Shown here piece by piece: positions 37,484 through 48,087 of a DNA stretch of 64,000 nucleotides. Below the pieces are notes generated by a model. That model was not told where the DNA came from and searched no databases. It saw only the letters and a program-made list of their open reading frames with translations. A program made the position numbers and the translations under genes. The stretch comes from a virus, in IMG/VR virus record IMGVR_UViG_3300011115_000874, positions 32,001-96,000 of that record; one strand, 5' to 3'. Within the stretch, counting starts at the first letter, position 1. Each line of letters starts with the position of its first letter.

Positions 37484-38426
37484 TGGTTGTTGTGTATTCA
37501 CCATTATCTCTTAATTCGTATCCTATTGTTTCACTCTCTTCTCCTGTTACTGGGTTGGCTGTGATACCATATCTATCAGCTAATTCTCTAAGACTATAAC
37601 TTAAACTTGGTCTTTCTTTAAATCGATCATTATTAATTTCTTTAATATCATCATTACATAAATCATAATTTGTTTTCTTACAATTTCTTAAATCATTAAT
37701 TATAACATCTAAGACATGAGATGGTAAGTTAGATTCTGTTGAGTCAATTCTATCATCTACTTCATTCCAAAATGATGTTTCACGACTATGATCTTCATCT
37801 AAGTTTTTAAACGCAGCTACTTTAGCACCTGTTTTTTTACTCATAGTGTAAATCAAGATACCTCGTCTAGTATAATTGTGGTATTGGTATTCTTCACTTG
37901 TTGAGGCGGTGCACCATTTAGTTCCTGCTCCATACTTACAAGACGATTCATATGTTAATGGTTTAACCACTAACCACTCATCATCTTCATAAATTTTTAA
38001 AACAAATTTCTCTAAATCTTTATTAATCATCTTCAACTCAGCAACTGAGATCGCAGCCATTACTTCGTCTAATGATTTGTATGATGTAATGTCTTTATTA
38101 TCAATTAAATTTCTTTCATTTAATTCAACAAATCTATTCACCTCCATAAGAGTATTATCATTAACACTATCTAATGCGTCAGTGACCGCTACTAAAGTAG
38201 GTAATGGTAATTGTTTAACAAATTCTTCTTTAAAACCCATATCCACTAAAGTAGTAGTGTAACTATTTTTAATGTGGTCTTTATGAATCCGTTTATGAAA
38301 ATTTTGTTTATGTAGATTGAGTGTTAACTCAACATACTTAGTTTTTTCAAATAGAATGCTGAGTGCATCTATTACCCCTATATTCATGTTGGGGTTTTGT
38401 TCTTTTAATGTGCTTAATTTACTCAT
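37476..38426 (-). CDS. Hypothetical protein with PcfJ-like motif
   Basis: PLTYESSCKYGAGTKWCT. Confidence 0.45.
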   Translation of the reverse strand: MSKLSTLKEQNPNMNIGVIDALSILFEKTKYVELTLNLHKQNFHKRIHKDHIKNSYTTTLVDMGFKEEFVKQLPLPTLVAVTDALDSVNDNTLMEVNRFVELNERNLIDNKDITSYKSLDEVMAAISVAELKMINKDLEKFVLKIYEDDEWLVVKPLTYESSCKYGAGTKWCTASTSEEYQYHNYTRRGILIYTMSKKTGAKVAAFKNLDEDHSRETSFWNEVDDRIDSTESNLPSHVLDVIINDLRNCKKTNYDLCNDDIKEINNDRFKERPSLSYSLRELADRYGITANPVTGEESETIGYELRDNGEYTTTNG

Positions 38427-38587
38427 AACCTTAATATAATAACCTTTATTTAAAATGCCAATTTATTCTTCATCAAATAAATCCTTCCCATCATAATCAG
38501 GGTGATTTTTTTCCATATAATCTAATCCTAAAACCATTAACACCGCTATAATAGCTGCTAATGTAAATGAAATAATTGCTGATGCTA

Positions 38588-38815
38588 TCATAAAAATAAT
38601 CTTTTAATAATTTCCCATTTTGATTTAAACTCTATTTTCTCAAACTTACCATTTACATTCACAACCCAAGCAAACATACTCTCACTCCAACGTTTGTAAG
38701 TACAATGTCTACATACTAAGTTCTTACCTTGATGTTGAGGTCGTTGGTATGGTCTAGGATTAGTTGTGAACATAAATAATGGATATATTCGTTTACAGTC
38801 AAAGCATTTTTTCAT
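38588..38815 (-). CDS. Small Zn-ribbon protein
   Basis: CFDC...CRHC. Confidence 0.55.
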   Translation of the reverse strand: MKKCFDCKRIYPLFMFTTNPRPYQRPQHQGKNLVCRHCTYKRWSESMFAWVVNVNGKFEKIEFKSKWEIIKRLFL

Positions 38816-39906
38816 TCGTAACTTTCTCTATCAATATTAATAACATATGGAAATCTTGGAACACCATCTGGTGTTAGATTAAAATACTTAACTGTAGCTG
38901 ATTTGCCAATCAATTCTTGTTTTTGTTTCCAAAGTTCTTTACATTCATCCCAACTATACTTAGGTGATGAATTGAATATATGACCTGTTTTACTTCTAAA
39001 TACAAATGAACCTACCATTCCTGTTTTATTACCTTCACCTTCAACTACATCTAAAATAGTATATTCTTCATCTATAAATGATTTATGTTTAAGTAATGAT
39101 TTAGAACGTTTTGATTCATATTCTTTATCTAAGCGAATCATTTGACCTTCATAACCTTGATTAACATACTCACTATACAAATCTATTAATAAACTCTCAT
39201 CTATAACAAAATGAGTATCTACTCGTTTACAACATTTAGGTAAATCTAAACTATATAATGTTTCAGATCGTTTACTAAACACCCCACTACAACTAGGTAA
39301 ATCATAAATGTGATATTGAATTTGTTCTTTACTTTTTTCTAAATCATCACTTGTTGGTTTAGTTTTTTTAACTAATGAACAAATAGCATTAAAGTCATTT
39401 GCAAACTTATCGGCATAAAGTTCTCCATCAAATATCAAATCAGGATTAGATTCAAATAATGGTTTCATTGCTTCATAAATGTGAGGTGCTGAAACTATTT
39501 TCTTACCATTTCTACTCCACATACCATCTGCTCTAACAATACATCTAATACCATCTAATTTAGGTTGTGAGTAAACAGGATAAATAATTTTATCTTTATA
39601 GTCTTCAAATTTATGAGCTAACATTGGATTGAAGAACTTAGGTGTATCAATATCACTTATTGATTCATAACTACCTAACTCTAATTTTTTAGTCCACATC
39701 GCTTGAGCCTCAGCTAATGCTTGTTGTTCAGGTGTTGTTTCATTTTTCTTACCAATGTTCTTACCAGAACAACAAGTCCATTCAGAAGTTGTTTTAACTC
39801 CATCATTGTAACCTGATATTGTTCTGAAACAGTTGTTTTCTACTTCAACGGTCCATTCATTGATTTTACCGTTTACTGCTCTTTTATATAATGTGTTTAA
39901 TTTCAT
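38812..39906 (-). CDS. ATP-dependent DNA ligase
   Basis: PMLAH, QPKLDGIRC, FDGELY, YHIYD, GYEGQMIR, RSKSLLKHK, TPDGVPRFP. Confidence 0.92.
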   Translation of the reverse strand: MKLNTLYKRAVNGKINEWTVEVENNCFRTISGYNDGVKTTSEWTCCSGKNIGKKNETTPEQQALAEAQAMWTKKLELGSYESISDIDTPKFFNPMLAHKFEDYKDKIIYPVYSQPKLDGIRCIVRADGMWSRNGKKIVSAPHIYEAMKPLFESNPDLIFDGELYADKFANDFNAICSLVKKTKPTSDDLEKSKEQIQYHIYDLPSCSGVFSKRSETLYSLDLPKCCKRVDTHFVIDESLLIDLYSEYVNQGYEGQMIRLDKEYESKRSKSLLKHKSFIDEEYTILDVVEGEGNKTGMVGSFVFRSKTGHIFNSSPKYSWDECKELWKQKQELIGKSATVKYFNLTPDGVPRFPYVINIDRESYE

Positions 39907-39968
39907 AGACTAAATATAACAAAGAATGGCCCGAAGGCCAAACATTTGTTATATAGAGGTGTGTGTTT

Positions 39969-40574
39969 TTAGCGCTTACTATGTAAATAATTACTCATTA
40001 TGTTACCTATTGCACCTGTCTTTTGACGAATGTATATCCACTCATCTTTAACTATTTTATGTTTCTTTTCAATATAATGAATACCCATAACACCTATGAT
40101 ACGTCCATCTAAATCAGTTAATGATAGTAAATAAATTGATTTACATTTACCACCAGTTGTTGTATTAAGTAAATATGAGTTAGTTGACTCAGCATCTTCA
40201 ATTATAACTTCTCCATTTTCATATAACTCAGATAATGGTTTATTAAATAATGATACAGGTATGTTTTGATAGATGTTTTTAACTGATTCAATGTTTGGGT
40301 TTAATACCTCATAGAATATAGAGAATTTTTGTATTGATTTACCAGTTGGGTAAAAGTGACCACCATTATGGAATTGAGCTATGAATATTTGATCACAATC
40401 CAACTCATCAAGCATAAGGTCTAATTGGTGTTCAATCTGTTCATTATACTTAATAGACTCAGGTAGTGGGTCTGATTTCTTTTTATCGACTTTTGCTTTA
40501 ACCCATTCTAACAATACAGGTCCTAACACTGATGTAATGAGTGCTATTACAACTGGTACTAAAATATCTATCAT
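39969..40574 (-). CDS. Single-TM protein with GAF-like C-terminal domain; candidate T4 T-like holin
   Basis: N-terminal TM helix, IAQFHNG...FSIFYE...IIGVMGIHY; directly downstream of the endolysin. Confidence 0.5.
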   Translation of the reverse strand: MIDILVPVVIALITSVLGPVLLEWVKAKVDKKKSDPLPESIKYNEQIEHQLDLMLDELDCDQIFIAQFHNGGHFYPTGKSIQKFSIFYEVLNPNIESVKNIYQNIPVSLFNKPLSELYENGEVIIEDAESTNSYLLNTTTGGKCKSIYLLSLTDLDGRIIGVMGIHYIEKKHKIVKDEWIYIRQKTGAIGNIMSNYLHSKR

Positions 40575-40585
40575 CTCTGTTTCTT

Positions 40586-41410
40586 TTATTTTAATAAATT
40601 ATAGAACTCATTAAAATGTTTGATACGATCAGGTAAACCAATAGTACCACCATTAACTCGTTTAGTAACAGCGGTTACAGTTGCTTCATCAGCACCCTTA
40701 TCGCATATTGACCATAATTTATTTGAATCGAAGAAAAACGCTGCTGACGCTAATGGGTATTTAGTAGCAACTAAATCAGGATTAGCGACTGTATCTTCAC
40801 CTATGAATTTAGCAAAGTTTGTATAATTAGATTTACCAGTTAATTGGATATAACCACGTCCACGGAACTTATATCCTTCACCTGTTGATTCATCACCATT
40901 GCCCATTCTTGATCCGTAAACACGAGCTGCAATTTTTTCAGGTTGTTTAGCATATGAGTTAGCTAAGTCACCAGGAAAATATTTTCCAAATATTCTTTTT
41001 AAACCATCAACTGAGTAGTTTAAGTTTTCACTTATTGACTTAAACCCACCTGACTCGTGGCCACATTGTGCTAAGAAATGAGCTAAGCGAAGTGGAGTAG
41101 TGATATTAAATTTAGCTGCTGTGTCTGGTATTTGAGCTATTACAGCATCGGGAACGTGTCCTTTTAAAGCATCTAATTTAAATGAGCTAGGAGGAATAAC
41201 TGCTGACGCAGCGGGAGTTGGAGCTGTTGCTCCGAACATTTTACCCCACGTACCATCTCCTACAATGCCGTCAGCTGTTAGTCCGTTTTTAGCTTGCCAT
41301 TCTTTAACTTTTGTCTCAGTCATTGGTCCGAAACTTCCATCTGCTGACAAACCTAATAATGTTTGTAATTGTTTTACTTCCTCTCCTTTTGAACCGTTTT
41401 TAAGTAACAT
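40586..41410 (-). CDS. Endolysin: peptidoglycan-binding domain plus GH19 lysozyme (start revised to MLLKNG)
   Basis: DGSFGPMT/DGIVG PG-binding repeats; AHFLAQCGHESGGF, ENLNYS, YKFRGRGYIQLTGKSNY, TKRVNGG. Confidence 0.92.
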   Translation of the reverse strand: MLLKNGSKGEEVKQLQTLLGLSADGSFGPMTETKVKEWQAKNGLTADGIVGDGTWGKMFGATAPTPAASAVIPPSSFKLDALKGHVPDAVIAQIPDTAAKFNITTPLRLAHFLAQCGHESGGFKSISENLNYSVDGLKRIFGKYFPGDLANSYAKQPEKIAARVYGSRMGNGDESTGEGYKFRGRGYIQLTGKSNYTNFAKFIGEDTVANPDLVATKYPLASAAFFFDSNKLWSICDKGADEATVTAVTKRVNGGTIGLPDRIKHFNEFYNLLK

Positions 41411-41444
41411 AGTAAATCGTTTAGTGATAAATATCACCTACTTT

Positions 41445-41762
41445 TTACTTCTTGCAATCACAGTCAACAATTTCTTCATCCATTCCTAAACAAAAAGCAA
41501 CCTGCCCTATAGCTGGTTTGTTATTAGTGTAGTACATAATCCCATTCTCAGTTATTACTTGCCAAGCCATATCAATGCTTTTATCTATATTTCTTTCTAC
41601 AGATACTACTCTAATAGGCCATGCCTTAGTAGTGTCAGTTGGAATAATTGGTTGGTTACTTATAGTAACTGTATCAGTACGAGGGATTAGAATTGGTTGA
41701 GGTGTAATTAAATTACAACTAATTAAACCTAAACTTAATAATGTTAATGATATTTTTTTCAT
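41445..41762 (-). CDS. Lipoprotein
   Basis: MKKISLTLLSLGLISC lipobox. Confidence 0.65.
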   Translation of the reverse strand: MKKISLTLLSLGLISCNLITPQPILIPRTDTVTISNQPIIPTDTTKAWPIRVVSVERNIDKSIDMAWQVITENGIMYYTNNKPAIGQVAFCLGMDEEIVDCDCKK

Positions 41763-41953
41763 CTTGATTCCACTTTTATTTGTTTTGCTTCTTCTTTATC
41801 TAATATAAATGCTAGGCCTGAACCTACAGCCACTAATAATGAGTTGTCATTAACGTGGCATACTTTGATTTCACCCCCATTACTAAATCTATTATCAATT
41901 GTCTCGATAACATTATAGACTCTAGGATATATCGTTACTTCACTTAACTTCAT
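41759..41953 (-). CDS. Hypothetical protein
   Basis: 64 aa with ATGA overlaps on both sides. Confidence 0.55.
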   Translation of the reverse strand: MKLSEVTIYPRVYNVIETIDNRFSNGGEIKVCHVNDNSLLVAVGSGLAFILDKEEAKQIKVESR

Positions 41954-42678
41954 AATATAGTTGGGTAATCACCTATTTTAAACTCTCCATCTTCATAAAC
42001 CAAAAACTTATTTGAAGTATCAAATGTATCAATAAAATAATATTTCCCACCAGTTGATTTACCTTCAATATCAATCTTTTTAACATGAGTATGACCTACT
42101 ACTTGAATATAATCTTCTTTCAAGAATGTATCTCGATTACCAGCCATTAATGCTTGAGGACGAATCCAAATTGGTGTTTGTGTTTTAGAATTACCATATG
42201 GGTCAATTCCATAAAACATAAACTTATTAGGTTGATACTCCCAAATAGCGTTTACAAAATCAGCTATTGTACCTGAATCTACTCCTGGTTCATATTTGTT
42301 TTGATATGTTAACCAATCACTTCCAATACCCGCATGTGTAAACAAGATATTATCTAATTGGTAACACATTTGTAGGTGGTGTTTATTTTCTTGAAGTAAC
42401 TGTCGGATTGCAGGTGCAGCACCTGCTTTATATCCTGAGTATGTCTCACCACCTGGGTAGTAATGATAATCATGATTACCAACTAACATAATTACCTCAC
42501 ACTCACCTTTCTCTTTAAACTCAATTATCTCTTTAAAGTTAAACATTTGCTCAGCAGGGCCAATATCAAAACTATCAAAGTAATCTCCTATAAAGATAAC
42601 TCGATCTGCTTGTTCTTGGAACACAATGTCTTTCCAAACATTGCGTCCATGAATATCTCCTAATACTATTGTTTTCAT
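41950..42678 (-). CDS. Metallophosphoesterase (Ser/Thr phosphatase-like)
   Basis: GDIHG, GDYFD, GNHD, THAG, VGHT. Confidence 0.88.
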   Translation of the reverse strand: MKTIVLGDIHGRNVWKDIVFQEQADRVIFIGDYFDSFDIGPAEQMFNFKEIIEFKEKGECEVIMLVGNHDYHYYPGGETYSGYKAGAAPAIRQLLQENKHHLQMCYQLDNILFTHAGIGSDWLTYQNKYEPGVDSGTIADFVNAIWEYQPNKFMFYGIDPYGNSKTQTPIWIRPQALMAGNRDTFLKEDYIQVVGHTHVKKIDIEGKSTGGKYYFIDTFDTSNKFLVYEDGEFKIGDYPTIL

Positions 42679-43001
42679 TTTACTAATTTCTTAACTTTGA
42701 TTATGAAACGACGTTTAAAACATTTCATTGTAGTTGAAAATGTATCTACTGGTGTTTCAGTTCTTAACTCACTAAATGCCTTTTTCATTGCAACTTTAAT
42801 CTTAGGATTAATTTTAATCAATTCAAAGAATTTATCTAAATGAGAAGATGATTTTGAATTCCATCTACCATTATAAAACTCAGTTAATGTTACTCGAGTA
42901 TCACTTAATGTATCAAATAAGTAAACTGTAACTGTTTTTTCCCAACTGTCTGAAATGAATTGTAATTCTTGATTACCTGAAAGTGTGATTGATTTGCTCA
43001 T
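42675..43001 (-). CDS. Hypothetical early protein
   Basis: Promoter copy at about 43027-43059. Confidence 0.55.
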   Translation of the reverse strand: MSKSITLSGNQELQFISDSWEKTVTVYLFDTLSDTRVTLTEFYNGRWNSKSSSHLDKFFELIKINPKIKVAMKKAFSELRTETPVDTFSTTMKCFKRRFIIKVKKLVK

Positions 43002-43079
43002 AACTTTTATTATTTTTTATTATATCTAAATATAACAAAGAAAGACCCGAGGGCCAAACATTTATTATGAAAAGTTTAC

Positions 43080-43298
43080 TTAAAATGGAGTATCGTATTC
43101 AGTTTCTTCATTAGTTTTGAAATACTCTTTCAAAAACTGTTCAGGATACAACATTACATGACCTGTGTATTTAGGGTTAGACACTTTTCGTGTGTCATGT
43201 TTCCATCCGCCTTGTAATGAGGCAAGATATACTTTTTTACCTAATTCAGTTCCAGCTGCTTTACCTAAGAACTCATATAATGACATCATTTTATCCAT
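43080..43298 (-). CDS. Hypothetical phage protein
   Basis: SLYEFLGKAAG...NPKYTGHVMLYP. Confidence 0.55.
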   Translation of the reverse strand: MDKMMSLYEFLGKAAGTELGKKVYLASLQGGWKHDTRKVSNPKYTGHVMLYPEQFLKEYFKTNEETEYDTPF

Positions 43299-43545
43299 TG
43301 ATCACCTCCTCTAATGTTTTCCATTCTGCTTCTACTTCACCTTCTTCACTAAAGTTACCTGTAGCGATTGCTAAATAGATTACTGCGTTTTCATCTTTAC
43401 CAATTGCTACAGCTCCAAAGCCCTCACAAAGATAATAATTAGTCATTGTACTATTAGGCATTTCTGAAGCGATTGCTTCAATATCAAAATCCCAACCCAT
43501 TTCCGGATCATTTTTTTCGACCCATTGTTTGCTAAATTCAGCCAT
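43291..43545 (-). CDS. Hypothetical phage protein
   Basis: MAEFSKQW...CEGFG. Confidence 0.55.
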   Translation of the reverse strand: MAEFSKQWVEKNDPEMGWDFDIEAIASEMPNSTMTNYYLCEGFGAVAIGKDENAVIYLAIATGNFSEEGEVEAEWKTLEEVING

Positions 43546-43622
43546 AACTTATTTTTTATTTATACTTTAATATAATAAAAATAGGCCCGAAGGCCTATTT
43601 ATTTTTAATCTAGTTTTAGATT

Positions 43623-44159
43623 TTAATAATCACCTAAATCTCCACTAGACATACCTCTAGTGCTACGACCTGGCATACCCATTCTATCTATAGCAGGTAA
43701 ATCATCTTCCATGTTTGTAAGTGGTTTAGGTTGAAAGAAGTTCCTAGGATTTTTAGCTAATAACTCAGCAGCTACAGCTTTAGCTTCTTCATAAGTGTAT
43801 GGTCCAAAATCATATGGTATACTATTTTTTTCAATACCGTACATTTTCTTATCACCTCCCATTTCATCTAATTTTGGGTTTTTATCTAAACCCATTTGGT
43901 AATCAATTGTTTTATCTGAGTTACCCATATCTTTATATTCACCAGCATTTATGAATGTTGGTATTCCACTTATAACTTTAGTGAATTGAACTTGGTCAGG
44001 TAATTCATCTACAGTCACTACTTTATTAAACCAACGTACTTGACCTCCAGGCCCAACTTTAGCTATTACTTCGTCTTTAGAATAAGTGCCATAGTTGAAA
44101 TCATTTTCATTTTCAAGTAATAATTGATCGCGTCTCCATTTGTAGATATTAAATGCCAT
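43623..44159 (-). CDS. Late protein (MAFNIYKWRRDQLLLE N terminus)
   Basis: Late motif 44174-44180. Confidence 0.55.
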   Translation of the reverse strand: MAFNIYKWRRDQLLLENENDFNYGTYSKDEVIAKVGPGGQVRWFNKVVTVDELPDQVQFTKVISGIPTFINAGEYKDMGNSDKTIDYQMGLDKNPKLDEMGGDKKMYGIEKNSIPYDFGPYTYEEAKAVAAELLAKNPRNFFQPKPLTNMEDDLPAIDRMGMPGRSTRGMSSGDLGDY

Positions 44160-44258
44160 AGTTTTATTTTATTATAAATATATATTTTTTAGAACAAATC
44201 ATCAAATTCTTTAGGACACTCAGAAATGATATGTTTCTTAACAAATCGTTTCCACCAA

Positions 44259-44831
44259 TTATTCAATCTCATCAACCATCCCATACTTAAGTGCTTCTTC
44301 TGCTGTGAGATACCAATCACGTCTTGATTTTTTAACATCATCTAATTGTTTTTGAGATATAGTTGAGTTTAATAATAAAATTTCATCATACTGTTTCATT
44401 ATACGATTACATTCATCTAAATCATCTTTAATAATAGATAATTTATCAAATTGAGGATAGCTATTTAAAGCTTCATGATACATAAATGTAGCATATTTAC
44501 TCGCTATACGTCTATGACCAACTGCAAATATTGGTAACCCCATTGACATAGCATAACCATAACAGTAAGTATGAATTGGTGTTCTAGAAGTTTTAATTAC
44601 ACCTATTAAAGCGAAACCATCATAAATTACTCCACCAAAACTATTAACAACTAATTTAATCGGTTTACGTTCAAAGTCTTTAGAGACTGAGTCTTGCTCA
44701 TCATCATATTCATTAGCGTCTAAAATAAATTGAATTACTTCCTCAACACTCTCATTATCAATATCATTACTTAAAATAATACTTCTAAATTGATCTTCTC
44801 TATCAAAATATCTATTTTTTCTGCTAGTCAT
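44259..44831 (-). CDS. ClpP-like serine protease
   Basis: NSFGG, AMSMG (Ser), FMYHE (His), RDWYLTAEEALKYGMVDEI (Asp). Confidence 0.88.
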   Translation of the reverse strand: MTSRKNRYFDREDQFRSIILSNDIDNESVEEVIQFILDANEYDDEQDSVSKDFERKPIKLVVNSFGGVIYDGFALIGVIKTSRTPIHTYCYGYAMSMGLPIFAVGHRRIASKYATFMYHEALNSYPQFDKLSIIKDDLDECNRIMKQYDEILLLNSTISQKQLDDVKKSRRDWYLTAEEALKYGMVDEIE

Positions 44832-45010
44832 TATCTATGTTTTTTAGGTGAACATTGATGATTAAGTTGACTTTTGCCTTTATTAACTCGTTTAGTTTGT
44901 TTATACATTATCTGCTGTCTATTACTATGATGTTTATAGTTATAGCCTTTTTGAGGGGCAGAACATGATGCTAATACAGCTACAATTAAAAATAAAATTA
45001 GTTTTTTCAT
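44831..45010 (-). CDS. Small basic lipoprotein (start revised to MKKLIL)
   Basis: MKKLILFLIVAVLASC lipobox. Confidence 0.6.
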   Translation of the reverse strand: MKKLILFLIVAVLASCSAPQKGYNYKHHSNRQQIMYKQTKRVNKGKSQLNHQCSPKKHR

Positions 45011-45231
45011 AATATTTCCTCCCATTCTGGTTCTTTGATTTCTTGTAAAAATATTAATGTCTCACCCTCTTGATACACTTGATCTGACTCAGTATATTCT
45101 TTCCATAACTCAATAAGATCATTTCTTACTTGACCTCCATTTAAATTATCTACAAACTTACCAAACCAAACTCTACGTCTTATAACATAAGGTGTACCAT
45201 TAAGAGTAAGTACATCAGTCCTCGTTACCAT
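45007..45231 (-). CDS. Hypothetical protein
   Basis: 74 aa ORF. Confidence 0.55.
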   Translation of the reverse strand: MVTRTDVLTLNGTPYVIRRRVWFGKFVDNLNGGQVRNDLIELWKEYTESDQVYQEGETLIFLQEIKEPEWEEIL

Positions 45232-45427
45232 GTTTATATTTTTTTCTATTATATACTTTACCTGAAGGTTTTGCCTTCTGTATCATTCTGCGCCTTACTA
45301 TTTGGGCGACGTGTCGTAATGACAAACCATTTAAATTACTATTTTCCATGTGTTTTAATTTATATAATAAATATAACAAAAAAGGCTTGGGAAGCCAAGC
45401 CTTAATCATGAAAAGTTAAGTAAAATC

Positions 45428-45751
45428 TTACTTCTGTTCAGCTGACATTTTTGGGGCTGATTTTTTCTTAAAGTACTTTTTCTTTTTCTTTGGCTCTTCA
45501 GTTTTAGGAGCATCTACAACACCATGCATTGATTTACTTTCCATCACTCGAATTTGAGATTTCAATACTGTTACTTCATTACGAAGCAACTGACGTGTTG
45601 CGTCCACCATTTCTTTTTCTTGGCGGGCTGTTTCTAATGAACCATATAATTCATCAATTTGATTCTTTAAAGAAGTGTTTTCTTTAGATGTGAAACCTAA
45701 AGCAGTTGCTAATCCAATAATTAGGATAATTGTGATTGTTGTTACTAACAT
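45428..45751 (-). CDS. Membrane-anchored coiled-coil protein with basic tail
   Basis: N-terminal TM helix, KKKKK tail. Confidence 0.55.
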   Translation of the reverse strand: MLVTTITIILIIGLATALGFTSKENTSLKNQIDELYGSLETARQEKEMVDATRQLLRNEVTVLKSQIRVMESKSMHGVVDAPKTEEPKKKKKYFKKKSAPKMSAEQK

Positions 45752-46162
45752 ATTTATTTTTTATTTGTTTACATTCTATCCATTTTAACTCTAAAATGGG
45801 CTAATTCTATTATTTCATTTTGACTTTTATGTGGGTGAGATATTTTATACTCACTTATATATTGATGTAATGTGTCTACATCTCCGGCTGTGTGTGCTTG
45901 GTAAAAAATTTCTTCAATACGTTCTTCGTTAGTCATAAAAACTATTTCTTTTAAATTTATAAATCATATTAAATGTAGCCAAATTATCTCTAATTTCTTT
46001 TACATTTGCTTTTTTAAATCTCCAGTAATCTACAAAATTACTTATTATAGTTCTTCCACACTCTAACTGTCCCTCATTCTCTATAGAGTTAAGTATTCTG
46101 ATTATTTTTGCTATATGTTGTCTGAATACTTGTTCCATTCTATAGATATGGATATACATATA

Positions 46163-46504
46163 TTACTCCTTATAGTTTTTCTTAAATTCAGGATCTTCTA
46201 ACCAATGTCTTTCACCTGTTCTTAATCTTGCTTTACTTTTATAATTATGAGCATAAACATAACCTGGAGGGCATTTCTTTTTCATAACCATATTTGTCTC
46301 AAACAAATAGACTGGTCCATTATATTCTTGATGATTAGGTGATCCATCTTCATTCCAGTATAGTATTCTTCTAGGACCATTATAACTCCTAAAACGATTA
46401 CATGTCACTCTAAACCAACTACCATCTTCTAACTGCACTTCAGTAGCTCGTTGAGTTGGGAAATCATAAATTAATTTCACTGTTAAACCTTTTTTCTCAG
46501 CCAT
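46163..46504 (-). CDS. Hypothetical protein
   Basis: 113 aa ORF. Confidence 0.55.
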   Translation of the reverse strand: MAEKKGLTVKLIYDFPTQRATEVQLEDGSWFRVTCNRFRSYNGPRRILYWNEDGSPNHQEYNGPVYLFETNMVMKKKCPPGYVYAHNYKSKARLRTGERHWLEDPEFKKNYKE

Positions 46505-46505
46505 A

Positions 46506-46844
46506 TTACTTCCAAAATAATTGTACCATTAATATAATAAAACTTAATACTAAACAAATAGCTGTTTTCATAGTTATTGGTTCTCCAAATAATGAAATAG
46601 ACATAATTGTAAACATAATTGTACCTATAACAAAACCAATTAATCGTGACGGCCATAATTGACCATCAAAATGTTCAACCATTAAACTAACTGATGTCAT
46701 AAACAATATTGAAATAGGAATGCCTAACAATACCACAGCCCACTGATGAGTTCTCATCCATTCAAACTTCCATCTTCCTTGTAATTGAAGAAAAGTCAAT
46801 ACTTGAGCTAACACCCCCACTAACATTCCTAATAATAGTTTCAT
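46506..46844 (-). CDS. Four-TM membrane protein (SMR/DMT-like)
   Basis: Four hydrophobic helices; LFGEPITMK motif near the C terminus. Confidence 0.6.
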   Translation of the reverse strand: MKLLLGMLVGVLAQVLTFLQLQGRWKFEWMRTHQWAVVLLGIPISILFMTSVSLMVEHFDGQLWPSRLIGFVIGTIMFTIMSISLFGEPITMKTAICLVLSFIILMVQLFWK

Positions 46845-47047
46845 ATATATTCTTTTTCTAATTTACCGTATGTGTATACTCTTAATGTTGCTACTTGTTC
46901 ATCATTATAGAGTGGTTTAGCTAAATCTAAATCATCTGAGAATATTGCTTCGCCTTGTTTGAATCCAATAAATGCTTGGCATTGGTCATTCAAAACAATA
47001 AACTCAGGTTCTTTAGCTATATCAAATACTCTTTTTTTCCTTTTCAT
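46841..47047 (-). CDS. Hypothetical protein
   Basis: Coupled ORF. Confidence 0.5.
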   Translation of the reverse strand: MKRKKRVFDIAKEPEFIVLNDQCQAFIGFKQGEAIFSDDLDLAKPLYNDEQVATLRVYTYGKLEKEYI

Positions 47048-47277
47048 AATTTAGCATCATATTCAGGTAACACTCCTAAATCCTCAATTTTAACCCACAC
47101 TCTCATTTTCCACAAATCAACTTTCAAGTTGTCAATCATTGTCTCTCCTTCCTCAGTAGCCTTAGCTAGAATAAGTAAACATGTATCTAATTGTTCAATT
47201 GCAGATGGTACATCTTTTGATTTGATAAATTGTAATGCTTTCTTCCACGTGTTAGTAATCTTCCCTACTTTCTTCAT
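47044..47277 (-). CDS. Hypothetical protein
   Basis: Coupled ORF. Confidence 0.5.
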   Translation of the reverse strand: MKKVGKITNTWKKALQFIKSKDVPSAIEQLDTCLLILAKATEEGETMIDNLKVDLWKMRVWVKIEDLGVLPEYDAKL

Positions 47278-47405
47278 AACTTAAAATATTAAATATGCGA
47301 CTAAATTAATTACAGCTAATGCTGCGTATACTGACACTACTGTCACAGCCATTGTAGCCGCTAAGACAAAGAACACTTCATCTGGTTTTACTTTTTTCAT
47401 AACCT

Positions 47406-47729
47406 TTATTTTAATTGTTTTATATGTTTACAAACTCTATCTTTAGCTCTATAATAACCAGGGCATGTACAGTGGTATTTGTTACCTACTTTTCTAATTA
47501 TATACTTACTTGAACCATCTGATGATTTTACTTCAATAGTATCAGATTTTGGTTTTGTTTGTGTACCATCATCTTTAATCCATACAATATCATCGAGTGT
47601 AGTATTAAGTGGAACATTAACCCACCATGGACAAATTGCTAATTTATCTACAAAATTAAACAGTACAGGAGGAATAATACCACCCACTACATAATGTTTA
47701 CCGTCTTTGAAATAATAACTTCTTTCCAT
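47406..47729 (-). CDS. SWIM zinc-finger protein
   Basis: CTCPGY...CKHI. Confidence 0.75.
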   Translation of the reverse strand: MERSYYFKDGKHYVVGGIIPPVLFNFVDKLAICPWWVNVPLNTTLDDIVWIKDDGTQTKPKSDTIEVKSSDGSSKYIIRKVGNKYHCTCPGYYRAKDRVCKHIKQLK

Positions 47730-48087
47730 AACCTTTATTTATCTAAATATAATAAAAAATGACCCGAAGGCCAAATTTTTAATTGGGAAGGTTTTGGGGA
47801 GGGTTGTCCTGTTCAATTAACTCTAAATCTAAAGTTAATAATAAACAAAAGTCTTTTAAACTATCCCAGTCATGTTCTGCTAACATAACCAAATCCTTGT
47901 CGGGGATGTCGTCTAAATAATTTTTAATACTCACTTCTGTAAGCGTTTTTAGTTATATATGTCTTCTCGTTTCGTAGTTTAGTAACTTCTTTTTTCTTAC
48001 GTTTACCTTCTAGAACTTGAATATACGACTTTAAACACTCGTACTTTTGCATTGCACTGTTTTTACTCATAACTATTTTTATTTAAT

